DNA from: Candidatus Nitrospinota bacterium M3_3B_026
Lineage (GTDB): Bacteria; Nitrospinota_A; UBA7883; JBPRGF01
NCBI GenBank assembly: GCA_051418015.1
Contig: JBPRGF010000033.1
Location: 96,001 to 160,000, forward strand
Direction: 5' to 3'
DNA: 64,000 bases
Under the pieces are notes generated by a model. It made no database searches and was not told where the DNA came from. It was given only the letters and a program-made list of their open reading frames with translations. Below are positions 19,579 to 28,302 of the stretch, one piece after another (position 1 is the first letter of the stretch; every line of letters begins with the position of its first letter). The translations under genes were made by a program, and so were the position numbers.

Positions 19579-20395
19579 ATTTTTTCTTCCCTCCGAAAAG
19601 ATCGTCGCTGAAAAGGAAAAGGGAGATAGCGAGCAGGTATCCGACATAGACCGCCACCTGCAGCAGGGTGGGGGAGGATGTATAGCCGAACAGCGCCTTG
19701 AAGAATATCCCCACCTCCGAGGAGTCCTCCATCAGCCAGCTTATGTCGAAAAGGGTGTCCTTCATGACAGGCAGGAGGTTTATGTCCTGCATTATCCCGG
19801 TCATGTTCGTAAGCAGCCCCGCGGCGATGAGGACAACCAGGCCCCCGGTTATCTTGAAGAAAAGGCTGATGGGCAGCCTCCTCATGCCGGTAAAGATTAT
19901 GTATGTCACGCCAAGAGCGAGCGCCAGGCCAAGGAGTCCGCCGTAGAGGACATCAGATCCCATCATCCCGCCATAGAGGGCGCCGAGGAAAAGGACCGTC
20001 TCGAACCCCTCCCGCAGAATGGCCAGGTAGGCCATGAAGGTGAGCGTCAGGACGCTGCCGGAGCCGACGGCCCTGTCGAGCTTTCTCTCGACATCGCCCT
20101 TGATGGCGCGGGCGTTCCTGCTCATCCAGACAACCATGTAGGAAAGGACCGGGACCGCGAAACCCATGATCCCTATCTTTATATAAAGCTGGGAAGCCGC
20201 GCTCGAAAAGCCGGTGAGCAGCAACTGGAAGACTAGCGCCAGGAGGAACGCCGTGACCAGACCGAGGCCCACTCCCGTAAAGACCCACTTGAAATGGCGC
20301 CGGAGGCCAACTCGCGAAAGGTATGAAAGGATGATCCCCACCACCAGGAAGGCTTCCAGCCCCTCCCTCAACGTTATCAGAAGACTTCCGGTCAT
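19571..20395 (-). CDS. FTR1/EfeU-family high-affinity iron permease
   Basis: Two RExxE motifs (LREGLEA, LREGFET), about 7 TM, LFGY near the C-terminus. Confidence 0.93.
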   Translation of the reverse strand: MTGSLLITLREGLEAFLVVGIILSYLSRVGLRRHFKWVFTGVGLGLVTAFLLALVFQLLLTGFSSAASQLYIKIGIMGFAVPVLSYMVVWMSRNARAIKGDVERKLDRAVGSGSVLTLTFMAYLAILREGFETVLFLGALYGGMMGSDVLYGGLLGLALALGVTYIIFTGMRRLPISLFFKITGGLVVLIAAGLLTNMTGIMQDINLLPVMKDTLFDISWLMEDSSEVGIFFKALFGYTSSPTLLQVAVYVGYLLAISLFLFSDDLFGGKKKYA

Positions 20396-20444
20396 TGTGC
20401 ACCCCTCTACTAAAAGTACGACACGCGCCCCCGCGCGCCATTAA

Positions 20445-20479
20445 TGATAATGAATATCAAAACCAAAAACCCCTGTCAA
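20445..20479 (-). promoter_or_regulatory. Fur box overlapping sigma-70 promoter of the FTR1 operon
   Basis: TGATAAT-G-AATATCA (7-1-7, one mismatch) at 20445-20459; TTGACA on the minus strand at 20479-20474. Confidence 0.8.
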
Positions 20480-20777
20480 CAGAAATCATCAAAATTTTTC
20501 AAAAAAATTCTTCCCGGCCTATCGTCTGCGGCAAAGCTTTGTTTATCAGGGACATACGTTGGAGCCGCCCGACGTGGCGTTAACCGGGATACTTTGCGTT
20601 GCATGACATTGCTGAGCCCGGAGCGAGATTCTTTACTGGCGCTGCGGGGCAATCGGGGTGTATGGGACATCCCCGCATCGCCTGCGGTGACGATCCGCCG
20701 GGTTGCGCGGGTTTGCTGTTAACATAAACGTATGGGCAGGAGAGAGCCGAAGATGCTATAAAAAAGATGGCGTCCTT

Positions 20778-21368
20778 ATGAACAAACTGCTGTTGCACGT
20801 CTGCTGCGCTCCCTGCTCGCCATACGTGGTGGACAGGCTCAGGGGAGACTACGCCATAACCCTCTATTTTTACAACCCGAACATCCATCCCGTGGACGAG
20901 TATTTTCTTCGGTTCGAGCAGCTTCGCAGTTGGGCGGAGCGCGAGGGTCTGCCGCTTGTCGCCGAAGAGTACGGCGCCGGGGACTGGTTCGAGGCCGTCC
21001 GGGGCCTGGAGAACGAGCCGGAACGGGGCGCGCGTTGCGGGGTCTGCTTCGAGCTTCGCCTCTCCCGCGCCGCCGCGAAGGCCTCGGAGCTGGGATTCGA
21101 CGCTTTTGGGACAGTGCTGACCGTCTCCCCCCACAAGGAAGCGGCGGTGATAAACAGCGTAGGCGCGAAAGCGGGGGTGAAAGAGGGCGTCGAGTACCTG
21201 GTGTCGGACTGGAAGAAAAAAGAGGGGTTCAAGATAACCTCCCGGATGAGCCGCGAACTCGGCTTCGAAAGGCAGGACTACTGCGGCTGCGTCTACAGCA
21301 TGAAGGATCGAGCCATCCGGAGAGCCGCGCCGAAGCGCCCCACCCGTCCGCCGGGCCCTGACGGCTGA
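20778..21368 (+). CDS. queH: Epoxyqueuosine reductase QueH
   Basis: LLHVCCAPC, FYNPNIHP, RCGVCF, RQDYCGCVYS. Confidence 0.93.
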   Translation: MNKLLLHVCCAPCSPYVVDRLRGDYAITLYFYNPNIHPVDEYFLRFEQLRSWAEREGLPLVAEEYGAGDWFEAVRGLENEPERGARCGVCFELRLSRAAAKASELGFDAFGTVLTVSPHKEAAVINSVGAKAGVKEGVEYLVSDWKKKEGFKITSRMSRELGFERQDYCGCVYSMKDRAIRRAAPKRPTRPPGPDG

Positions 21369-21435
21369 GAAATTTTATCCTCTGGAAAACAAAAGAGTTA
21401 TATGCGCCGCCTCCATATGCGCCCCTTCCGCGGCC

Positions 21436-21464
21436 TTGACAACGGCGCCACCGGCGCCCATACT
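21436..21464 (+). promoter_or_regulatory. Sigma-70 promoter upstream of KamA-family gene
   Basis: TTGACA-N17-CATACT. Confidence 0.65.
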
Positions 21465-21645
21465 AGTCGTGCGTTTCACGGTCATGAAACACATCCGGGC
21501 GCGGCGAAGGCTTTTAGAAAAAGAGGCAGAGGCGGCCCGCCCGGTTTTCGAAACTAAATCCAGGTCCTCCCAACTGAATGTGTTGGCGTGTCTCCTCCCG
21601 GGGACTCAGGACTCGCTTTGTCGAAAATAACCGAGAGGGAGTTGG

Positions 21646-22803
21646 ATGAGCCTTAAAAAGCCCAAGTACATAACGAAGCTTGAGAGGGTTCCGGAGCTTT
21701 GCGCCGACGAGAGGCGGGAGCTTGAGCCGGTGGCTGAAAGATACGCGTTCCGCGCCAATGACTATTATAACTCCCTTATAGACTGGAACGACCCGGCCGA
21801 CCCCATCCGCAGGATAATAATGCCCCAGGCGGGCGAACTGGACGCGTGGGGCGGCCTGGACCCTTCCAACGAGGAGGCCTACACAAAAGCTCCCGGCCTC
21901 CAGCACAAGTACAGGTACACCGCCCTGCTGCTGGTGAACGACGTCTGCGGCGGATACTGCAGGTTCTGCTTCAGAAAGCGGTTGTTCATGGATATCAATG
22001 ACGAGGTGACGCGGGATGTCTCCGAGGGGCTTGAGTATATAAAGAGAAACGGGGAGATAAACAACGTCCTGCTTACCGGGGGCGACCCGCTGGTCATGTC
22101 CACGGCCAAGCTCGAAGGCATAATAGAAAAACTCAGGCGCATAGACCACGTGAAGATCATAAGGATAGGCTCGAAAATCCCGGCCTTCAATCCTTTCAGG
22201 ATAATCAACGACGGCGAGCTGCTGGAGATGTTCGCAAGGCACAGCCATGACGACAGGAAGATATATCTCATGGCCCATTTCAACCATCCCAGGGAGCTTA
22301 CCGCCGAGGCCGTGAAGGCCATGAACATGCTGCGCCGGGCGGGCGTCGTGGTGGTGAACCAGACGCCGCTTCTGAGAGGGATAAACAGCAACCCGTCTGT
22401 CCTGGGGGAGCTTTTCAACAGGCTCTCTTACATCGGCGTGACGCCTTACTACGTTTTCCAGTGCCGTCCCACGGCGGGAAACAAGATGTTCTTCCTGCCG
22501 ATGGAGAAGTCCTACGAGATATTCGAGAGAGCCCGCGCCATGGGGTCTGGTCTTGCCAAAAGGGCCAGGTTCGTCATATCCCACGCCACTGGGAAGATAG
22601 AGATCGTCGGCAGGGCCGAGGGGAGGATTTTCCTGCGCTACCACCGCGCCGCGGACGATGGAGGGGAGGGCAGGTTCCTGATCCTGAAAAGCAACCCGGA
22701 CGCCTATTGGCCGGACGACTACGATGACTTCGCGGCCGAAAAACCGGGGATGGACAGGCGCAGAAGGACGCGCCGCCCGGCCAGCGTCTCCTTCATTTCC
22801 TAA
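21646..22803 (+). CDS. KamA-family radical SAM protein (lysine 2,3-aminomutase-like)
   Basis: HKY, CGGYCRFCFRKR, LLTGGDPL, HFNHPRE, NQTPLLRGIN, PYYVFQ. Confidence 0.9.
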   Translation: MSLKKPKYITKLERVPELCADERRELEPVAERYAFRANDYYNSLIDWNDPADPIRRIIMPQAGELDAWGGLDPSNEEAYTKAPGLQHKYRYTALLLVNDVCGGYCRFCFRKRLFMDINDEVTRDVSEGLEYIKRNGEINNVLLTGGDPLVMSTAKLEGIIEKLRRIDHVKIIRIGSKIPAFNPFRIINDGELLEMFARHSHDDRKIYLMAHFNHPRELTAEAVKAMNMLRRAGVVVVNQTPLLRGINSNPSVLGELFNRLSYIGVTPYYVFQCRPTAGNKMFFLPMEKSYEIFERARAMGSGLAKRARFVISHATGKIEIVGRAEGRIFLRYHRAADDGGEGRFLILKSNPDAYWPDDYDDFAAEKPGMDRRRRTRRPASVSFIS

Positions 22804-22855
22804 AGAACGGACAGCCCCCGGCGCGGGAAGAAAACACGCGGAGCTTGAGGAGAAG

Positions 22856-23695
22856 GTGAGACAGATAGAGACGTCACGGATCACCGAGGCGGTCCGCGAC
22901 ATGTGCATGGACGCGAACTACGACCTCGGCGAGGACGTCATAAAAGCCTTCGAACGCGGGCTTGAGACCGAAGAGTCCCTCACCGGCAAGGCTGTTTTCG
23001 ACGCTCTTTTGAAAAACGCCGAGATAGCCAGAACCGAAAAAGTCCCCATGTGTCAGGACACGGGCTTCGCCGTGATATTCGTCGAGATCGGGCAGGACGC
23101 GCACGTCGTCGGCGGGTCGCTGGCCGACGCCATAAACGAAGGCGTCCGGCAGGGATACGAGCAGGGTTACCTGCGCAAATCGATCTGCGATCCCTTCACC
23201 CGCCAGAACACGGGGGACAATACCCCCGCCGTCATAATTACCGATATAGTTGAAGGCGACAAACTCAAAATAACCGTCGCGCCGAAGGGGGGAGGGTCGG
23301 AGAACATGGCCCGCGTGACGATGCTGACCCCGTCCGGCGGCAAGCAGGCGGTGATGGATTTCATCGTTCAGCGGTGCCAGGAGGCCGGATCGAACCCCTG
23401 CCCGCCGGTGATAGTCGGCGCGTGCATAGGGGGGACGCCGGAGAAAGCGGCGATCCTCGCCAAGAAGGCGCTGCTGCGCCCCGCCGGGGAGCCTAGCCCC
23501 GACCCGGAGCTCGCCTCGATGGAGCGGGAGCTTCTGACGAGGATAAACAACCTCGGCATGGGGCCGCAGGGGCTCGGCGGGCGGGTCTTCGCGCTGGCCG
23601 TTCATCTTGAAAAACACCCGTGCCACATAGCCACCCTGCCGCTGGCGGTGAACATCTGCTGCCACGCCAGCCGCCACAAGGAGATCGTCCTGTGA
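22856..23695 (+). CDS. Class I fumarate hydratase, alpha subunit
   Basis: GTG after GAGGAG; PMCQDTG, KGGGSEN, NPCPP, GPQGLGG, HIA, CHASRH. Confidence 0.93.
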   Translation: MRQIETSRITEAVRDMCMDANYDLGEDVIKAFERGLETEESLTGKAVFDALLKNAEIARTEKVPMCQDTGFAVIFVEIGQDAHVVGGSLADAINEGVRQGYEQGYLRKSICDPFTRQNTGDNTPAVIITDIVEGDKLKITVAPKGGGSENMARVTMLTPSGGKQAVMDFIVQRCQEAGSNPCPPVIVGACIGGTPEKAAILAKKALLRPAGEPSPDPELASMERELLTRINNLGMGPQGLGGRVFALAVHLEKHPCHIATLPLAVNICCHASRHKEIVL

Positions 23696-24252
23696 GCGAA
23701 GGGGTAATAAAAATAACCACCCCGCTGGCGGACGATGTTGTTGAGGGCCTGAAGGCGGGGGACCAGGTGAGCATATCGGGCGAGCTTTACACCGCCCGCG
23801 ACGCGGCCCATAAAAGGCTCGTCGCGCTGCTCGACGAGGGCAAGGAGCTGCCCTTCGATATCAGCGGCGCGGTGATCTACTACGTCGGGCCTTCACCCGC
23901 GAAGCCGGGGAAGGTGGTCGGCTCCGCCGGGCCGACGACCAGCTACCGGATGGACGCCTACGCCCCGCGACTGATGGAAGCCGGGATGAGGGGGATGATC
24001 GGCAAGGGCAAGCGCTCGAAGGATGTCGTCGACGCCATGGTCAAGAGCAAGGCGGTCTACTTCGCGGCCATAGGCGGCGCGGCGGCCCTCATCGCCCGGT
24101 CGATAAAGAGCGTGGAGATCATCGCCTACGAAGACCTCGGCCCGGAGGCTGTCCGCCGCATGGTGGTGGAGGATTTCCAGGCGGTGGTGATAAACGACGT
24201 CCACGGCGCCGATCTTTACGAGATGGGGCAGGCCAGATACAGGATCGCCTGA
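23692..24252 (+). CDS. Class I fumarate hydratase, beta subunit
   Basis: TARDAAHKRL, YYVGP, GPTTSYRMD, MIGKG, DLGPEA. Confidence 0.93.
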   Translation: MSEGVIKITTPLADDVVEGLKAGDQVSISGELYTARDAAHKRLVALLDEGKELPFDISGAVIYYVGPSPAKPGKVVGSAGPTTSYRMDAYAPRLMEAGMRGMIGKGKRSKDVVDAMVKSKAVYFAAIGGAAALIARSIKSVEIIAYEDLGPEAVRRMVVEDFQAVVINDVHGADLYEMGQARYRIA

Positions 24253-24281
24253 TCCCTCCCCGCCTTTCTCTTTTGCTCCTT

Positions 24282-24318
24282 TTCTCGAATTCGGGAACCC
24301 GGTTCTCTAACTTGAGAA
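24282..24318. promoter_or_regulatory. Two palindromic upstream activator sites (TTCTC-N6-GAGAA)
   Basis: TTCTCgaattcGGGAA at 24282-24297 and TTCTCtaacttGAGAA at 24303-24318; 21 bp periodicity; about 95-130 bp upstream of the -24 element. Confidence 0.65.
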
Positions 24319-24412
24319 AATTGTACCGAATAAACGCTGATGTCTTTTCGCCAATACCTGGTAATGCAATAAAAATCAAATCGTTAAAAGCATGCAACCG
24401 TTCGATGCGCTA

Positions 24413-24428
24413 TGGCGCGAGAATTGCT
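24413..24428 (+). promoter_or_regulatory. Sigma-54 (-24/-12) promoter
   Basis: TGGCGCGAGAATTGCT matches TGGC-N7-TTGC (GG-N10-GC). Confidence 0.85.
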
Positions 24429-24463
24429 TGCAGTAATTTATATCCTTAGATAGATCATTATTT

Positions 24464-25438
24464 ATGATGAGACGGAGTGGGGCGATTTTTCTGAAAATGG
24501 GCAAAGTCGCAGCGTTTGCCACACCTCTAATGTTGCTCGCCTGGGCAGGGTTTGCTTTTGCCGATGGATGGGCCTCCAACACCAAGGCGTCCAACACGGG
24601 CAGCATAGTCAACACGCGCCACAACATGACCATGAGCTACATACCCGGCGGCTGGGGCAACTGGATGGACTACGCCCGGAACAATTACGGCGAGGTGTGC
24701 GTCTATTGCCACACGCCCCACGGGGCGAACAGCCAGATCGACGCGCCGCTGTGGAACCGCACGAGCCCGGGCAACTCATACAACCTATATAATATACCGC
24801 TCACCTCAGGTCAGTCTCCCACCCAGCCGGGGGTGAACTCGCTTACGTGCCTTTCCTGCCACGACGGGACGGTGGCCATCGATTCGATCATAAACATGCC
24901 CACGACGCAGAGCACCGGGTACACCGGCAATTACCTTGCCGCGCAGGAGACGAGCCACAACGAAGCTTTTCTGGACGCCTGGACGAACCAGACGGGCAGC
25001 GGTGTAGACACCGAAGACCATGGCAAGATATGGAGCTCCGACTCCGGCCCAGGCTCCGGCCCTTACAACTGCAACAGGTGTCACTATGGAGGCAACCCGT
25101 GGGACATCCCCGCTTTCGAGATATTCACAATTGGCACAGACCTTCGCGACGACCATCCCGTCGGCGTGGAACTTCCAGACACGAACGTTTACGACTTCAA
25201 GGCGCCGACGGCGACTGACGGAACGCTTCAGTTTTTTGACCTGGACGGCGACAGCAGGGCGGACAACAACGAGGTCCGGTTCTATGACACCGGCGGCGGC
25301 TACGAGGTCGAGTGCGCATCGTGTCACGACCCCCACGGTGTCGAGTCCGCCGGGCCGGGAAGCGAGTTCATCCCGTCGTTTCTGCGCGTCAATAACAACA
25401 ACGCCTCGTCACTTTGCCTCACCTGTCATGACAAGTGA
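24464..25438 (+). CDS. Secreted pentaheme cytochrome c, OmcE-like scaffold
   Basis: Signal peptide; NTRHN, CVYCHTPH, PLWNR, CLSCHDG, CNRCH, DLRDDHPV, ECASCHDPH, FLR, CLTCHDK. Confidence 0.9.
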   Translation: MMRRSGAIFLKMGKVAAFATPLMLLAWAGFAFADGWASNTKASNTGSIVNTRHNMTMSYIPGGWGNWMDYARNNYGEVCVYCHTPHGANSQIDAPLWNRTSPGNSYNLYNIPLTSGQSPTQPGVNSLTCLSCHDGTVAIDSIINMPTTQSTGYTGNYLAAQETSHNEAFLDAWTNQTGSGVDTEDHGKIWSSDSGPGSGPYNCNRCHYGGNPWDIPAFEIFTIGTDLRDDHPVGVELPDTNVYDFKAPTATDGTLQFFDLDGDSRADNNEVRFYDTGGGYEVECASCHDPHGVESAGPGSEFIPSFLRVNNNNASSLCLTCHDK

Positions 25439-25466
25439 ACTAGATATGCTGAAAAACCACGGTCAA

Positions 25467-25817
25467 TGTCATCTGAGCCGCCCCTCGGTGTCATTCTGAG
25501 GCCCTTCGGCTCAGGGTAAACTCCCGCTGAAGAATCCCAACCCCCGTCCTTTCAGTGTCATGCTGAATTTATTTCAGCATTTCGCTTTACGCGGATCGAG
25601 ATTCCGGCTCGGGGGCCGGAATGACAGGCCGGGAGGAGCGAAATGTTATGATGAACTTGTTTCTACATTTAGAGCCTCGTTGGCCCGAGGCCCTGAAACA
25701 ATTTCAGGACGACAGGCTGGAACATCCTGAACCGCCCCGCGATGTCATCTTGAGCCGAAGGCGAAGGATCCCATTGTTCCATCCCATACGAGACTTTTCG
25801 CTGCGCTCAGAGTGACA
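25467..25817. repeat. Cluster of REP/REPIN-like palindromic elements with TGTCAT...TGACA ends
   Basis: Left ends at 25467, 25489, 25556, 25644, 25743; right ends at 25598-25626, 25687-25714, 25790-25817; most carry an internal hairpin. Confidence 0.75.
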
Positions 25818-25953
25818 ATGCTTCGCTCGCCGCGAGACTTTTTTGCTCGCCGGGGTGTCATTCACCCAGGCATTTTCCCCCAGTCCTCAGGCTGAAGAAG
25901 ACCCCGCGGAGCCTTGGGCCTGCGGCGCGCCGGGCGAATGTTAAGATAGAACC

Positions 25954-27039
25954 ATGAGAAAAAGGAAGACGATCATCGCCATGAGCGGCGGGGTGGACAG
26001 CTCTCTTGCCGCGGCGCTGTTGAAGGAGAGCGGGCACGACCTCGTGGGTATAACCATGAGGGTGTGGGATCCGCCACCCGGCGCCGAGGCGCGGCCGGGC
26101 TCCTGCTGCTCCATCGACGACGCCGACGACGCAAGGCGCGTGGCGGACAGGCTGAAAATCCCCCATTACACCCTGAACGTGAAGGCGGAGTTCAAAAGCC
26201 GCGTGGTGGACTATTTCATCGGGGAATACATGACCGGGCGGACGCCGAACCCGTGCGTCCTTTGCAACCAGTCGATGAAGTTCGACTGGCTTTTCCGGCA
26301 GGGCGCAAAGTTCGGCGCGGACACCGTCGCCACGGGCCATTACGCCCGGATCGGCGAGTTTGGCGGACGGAAGGTCATCATGCGCGGGGCCGACCCCGGC
26401 AAGGATCAGAGTTATTTTCTGTTCTCCACTCCGCCTGAGAAGCTTTCGAGCATCCTGTTCCCGCTCGGCGGGCTCACGAAGGGCGCCGTCCGCGCGCTGG
26501 CGGCGGAGCGGGGCCTCGGCGTTTCGGAAAAGCCGGAGAGCCAGGAGATATGCTTTGTCCCCGATGACGATTACACCTCCCTGATCGCCGCCGCGCCCGG
26601 CGGGGGGGCGGTGGGGGATGGGGAGATCGTGAACACCAGGGGCGACATCCTCGGGCAAAGCCGCGGATACCCCTATTACACCGTCGGCCAGAGGCGGGGT
26701 CTCGGCGTCGCCGTGGGGGAGCCCGTCTACGTCACGGCGATAGACCCCCGTGAAAACCGCGTGGTGGTCGGCTCCCGGGAGGAGGTCTACGGCTCCGCCC
26801 TGCTGGCGGAGGACGTGACCTGGAGCATCCCGCCGGAGGAGGCCGCGGGGCTCGATCTTGCCGCCAGGATACGAAGCAGGGGCGAAGACACCCCCGCCAT
26901 GATCGAGCCTCGGGGACGGAACGGGGCGGTGGTGGAGTTCTCCGAGCCGGTATTCGCCATCACGCCTGGACAGGCGGTCGTCTTCTATCATGGCGACGTC
27001 CTCGTCGGGGGAGGATGGATCGAAAGGCGGCTCTCCTGA
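25954..27039 (+). CDS. mnmA: tRNA-specific 2-thiouridylase MnmA
   Basis: AMSGGVDSS, TPNPCVLCN, ATGHYA, KDQSYFL, ESQEICF, YTVGQRRGL, ITPGQA. Confidence 0.97.
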   Translation: MRKRKTIIAMSGGVDSSLAAALLKESGHDLVGITMRVWDPPPGAEARPGSCCSIDDADDARRVADRLKIPHYTLNVKAEFKSRVVDYFIGEYMTGRTPNPCVLCNQSMKFDWLFRQGAKFGADTVATGHYARIGEFGGRKVIMRGADPGKDQSYFLFSTPPEKLSSILFPLGGLTKGAVRALAAERGLGVSEKPESQEICFVPDDDYTSLIAAAPGGGAVGDGEIVNTRGDILGQSRGYPYYTVGQRRGLGVAVGEPVYVTAIDPRENRVVVGSREEVYGSALLAEDVTWSIPPEEAAGLDLAARIRSRGEDTPAMIEPRGRNGAVVEFSEPVFAITPGQAVVFYHGDVLVGGGWIERRLS

Positions 27040-27040
27040 C

Positions 27041-27832
27041 ATGGGCGGGGATGTGAATCTTGCGGCGGCGCTGGCCGTCGCCCAGGACGCCGCGCGGCGG
27101 GCGGGGAGCATCCAGAGGGAATATCGCTCCAAAAACTTCTCAGTCCGCCACAAGGGGGAGATAGACCTCGTTACGGGGGTGGATATCGCCTGCGAAGAGG
27201 AGATCGTCCGCGTCATCCGGCGCGCCTTTCCTGACCATGACATCCTCGCCGAGGAGGAGGAGGCGACGGAGCGCGGCTCGCGTTACACCTGGCTCATCGA
27301 CCCTCTCGACGGGACGGTAAACTACGCCCACGGGTTCCCCATATACTGCGCGTCGGTGGCTCTGGCCGGCGGGAGGGGGCCCGTCGCGGGCGCGGTCTAT
27401 GATCCGGAGCGGGACGAGATGTTCACCGCGGCGAGGGGCGGCGGGGCCTTTTTGAATGGGGAGAGGATAAAAGTCTCCGGCGTGTCGAGGCTCACCGACG
27501 CGCTCCTGGCCACGGGGTTTCCCTACACGATAAGGACGACGGAGAAGAACAATCTGAAAGAGTTCGCGGATTTCGCCATGCGGGCGCAGGCCCTGCGCCG
27601 CCCCGGCGCGGCCGCCATCGACCTTTGCTATGTCGCCTGCGGCAGGCTGGAGGGGTTCTGGGAGTTTCATCTCAAGCCATGGGACATGGCGGCGGGAGCG
27701 CTGATCGTCGAAGAGGCGGGCGGAGAGGTGACCTCCTCCAGCGGATCGGCGTTCGACCCGTTCCGTCAGGATATCGTCGCCTCCAACGGCCTCGTGCACT
27801 CCGCCATGCTGGAGACTCTCGCCCTGCCGTGA
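27041..27832 (+). CDS. suhB: Inositol monophosphatase family protein
   Basis: DLVT, AEE, WLIDPLDGTVNY, LKPWDMAAG. Confidence 0.92.
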   Translation: MGGDVNLAAALAVAQDAARRAGSIQREYRSKNFSVRHKGEIDLVTGVDIACEEEIVRVIRRAFPDHDILAEEEEATERGSRYTWLIDPLDGTVNYAHGFPIYCASVALAGGRGPVAGAVYDPERDEMFTAARGGGAFLNGERIKVSGVSRLTDALLATGFPYTIRTTEKNNLKEFADFAMRAQALRRPGAAAIDLCYVACGRLEGFWEFHLKPWDMAAGALIVEEAGGEVTSSSGSAFDPFRQDIVASNGLVHSAMLETLALP

Positions 27833-27869
27833 TGACGGCGCTCGCCGCCCGCCGGGATCAAAGATATCG

Positions 27870-28283
27870 CTAGAAAGCGTTCCTTATGATCTCCACCTCG
27901 GGGCTATTGGCGCCGGCGAAGTCGACGGTCACGATGTCGAATCGGATCGACACGCCGCGCAGACCGTTCCTGGCCGAATATATACGCGCCGCCTGGCGCA
28001 GCCTCTCCGCGCGCTTGGGGCCGACGGCCTCAAGCGGCCTGCCGAAGGAGTGATCGGACCTTGTCTTCACCTCGACGAACACCAGGAAGTTTCCTTCCCT
28101 GGCGATGATATCCACCTCCCGGCGGGAGATTTTCGCGTTCCGCTCGATGATTTTATACCCCTGGGAGGCCAGGGATTTCGCGGCGATATCCTCCCCGCGC
28201 CTGCCGAGCCTCAGGTGTTCCGCGCCGCCTTCCCGCCCAGCGGTCAAAAGCCTGCGCAGCCTGTCCGCGAAATAGCCAAACAC
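27870..28283 (-). CDS. YraN-family endonuclease-like protein (start approximate)
   Basis: LGRRGE, IIERN, EVDII, LVFVEVKTR, RFDIV, IRNAF. Confidence 0.9.
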   Translation of the reverse strand: MFGYFADRLRRLLTAGREGGAEHLRLGRRGEDIAAKSLASQGYKIIERNAKISRREVDIIAREGNFLVFVEVKTRSDHSFGRPLEAVGPKRAERLRQAARIYSARNGLRGVSIRFDIVTVDFAGANSPEVEIIRNAF

Positions 28284-28302
28284 GAGCCCGGCGCCCCTTC
28301 CG

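Noticed and set aside
20480..20777. 300-bp intergenic region as possible ncRNA or c-di-GMP riboswitch (ACGCAAAG on the minus strand)
   Set aside because: Lacks the preceding GNRA-capped stem and other consensus features; it cannot be supported without an Rfam scan.
25621..25815. 64-aa ORF in the REP cluster
   Set aside because: It is a translation of the palindromic repeats, not a credible gene.
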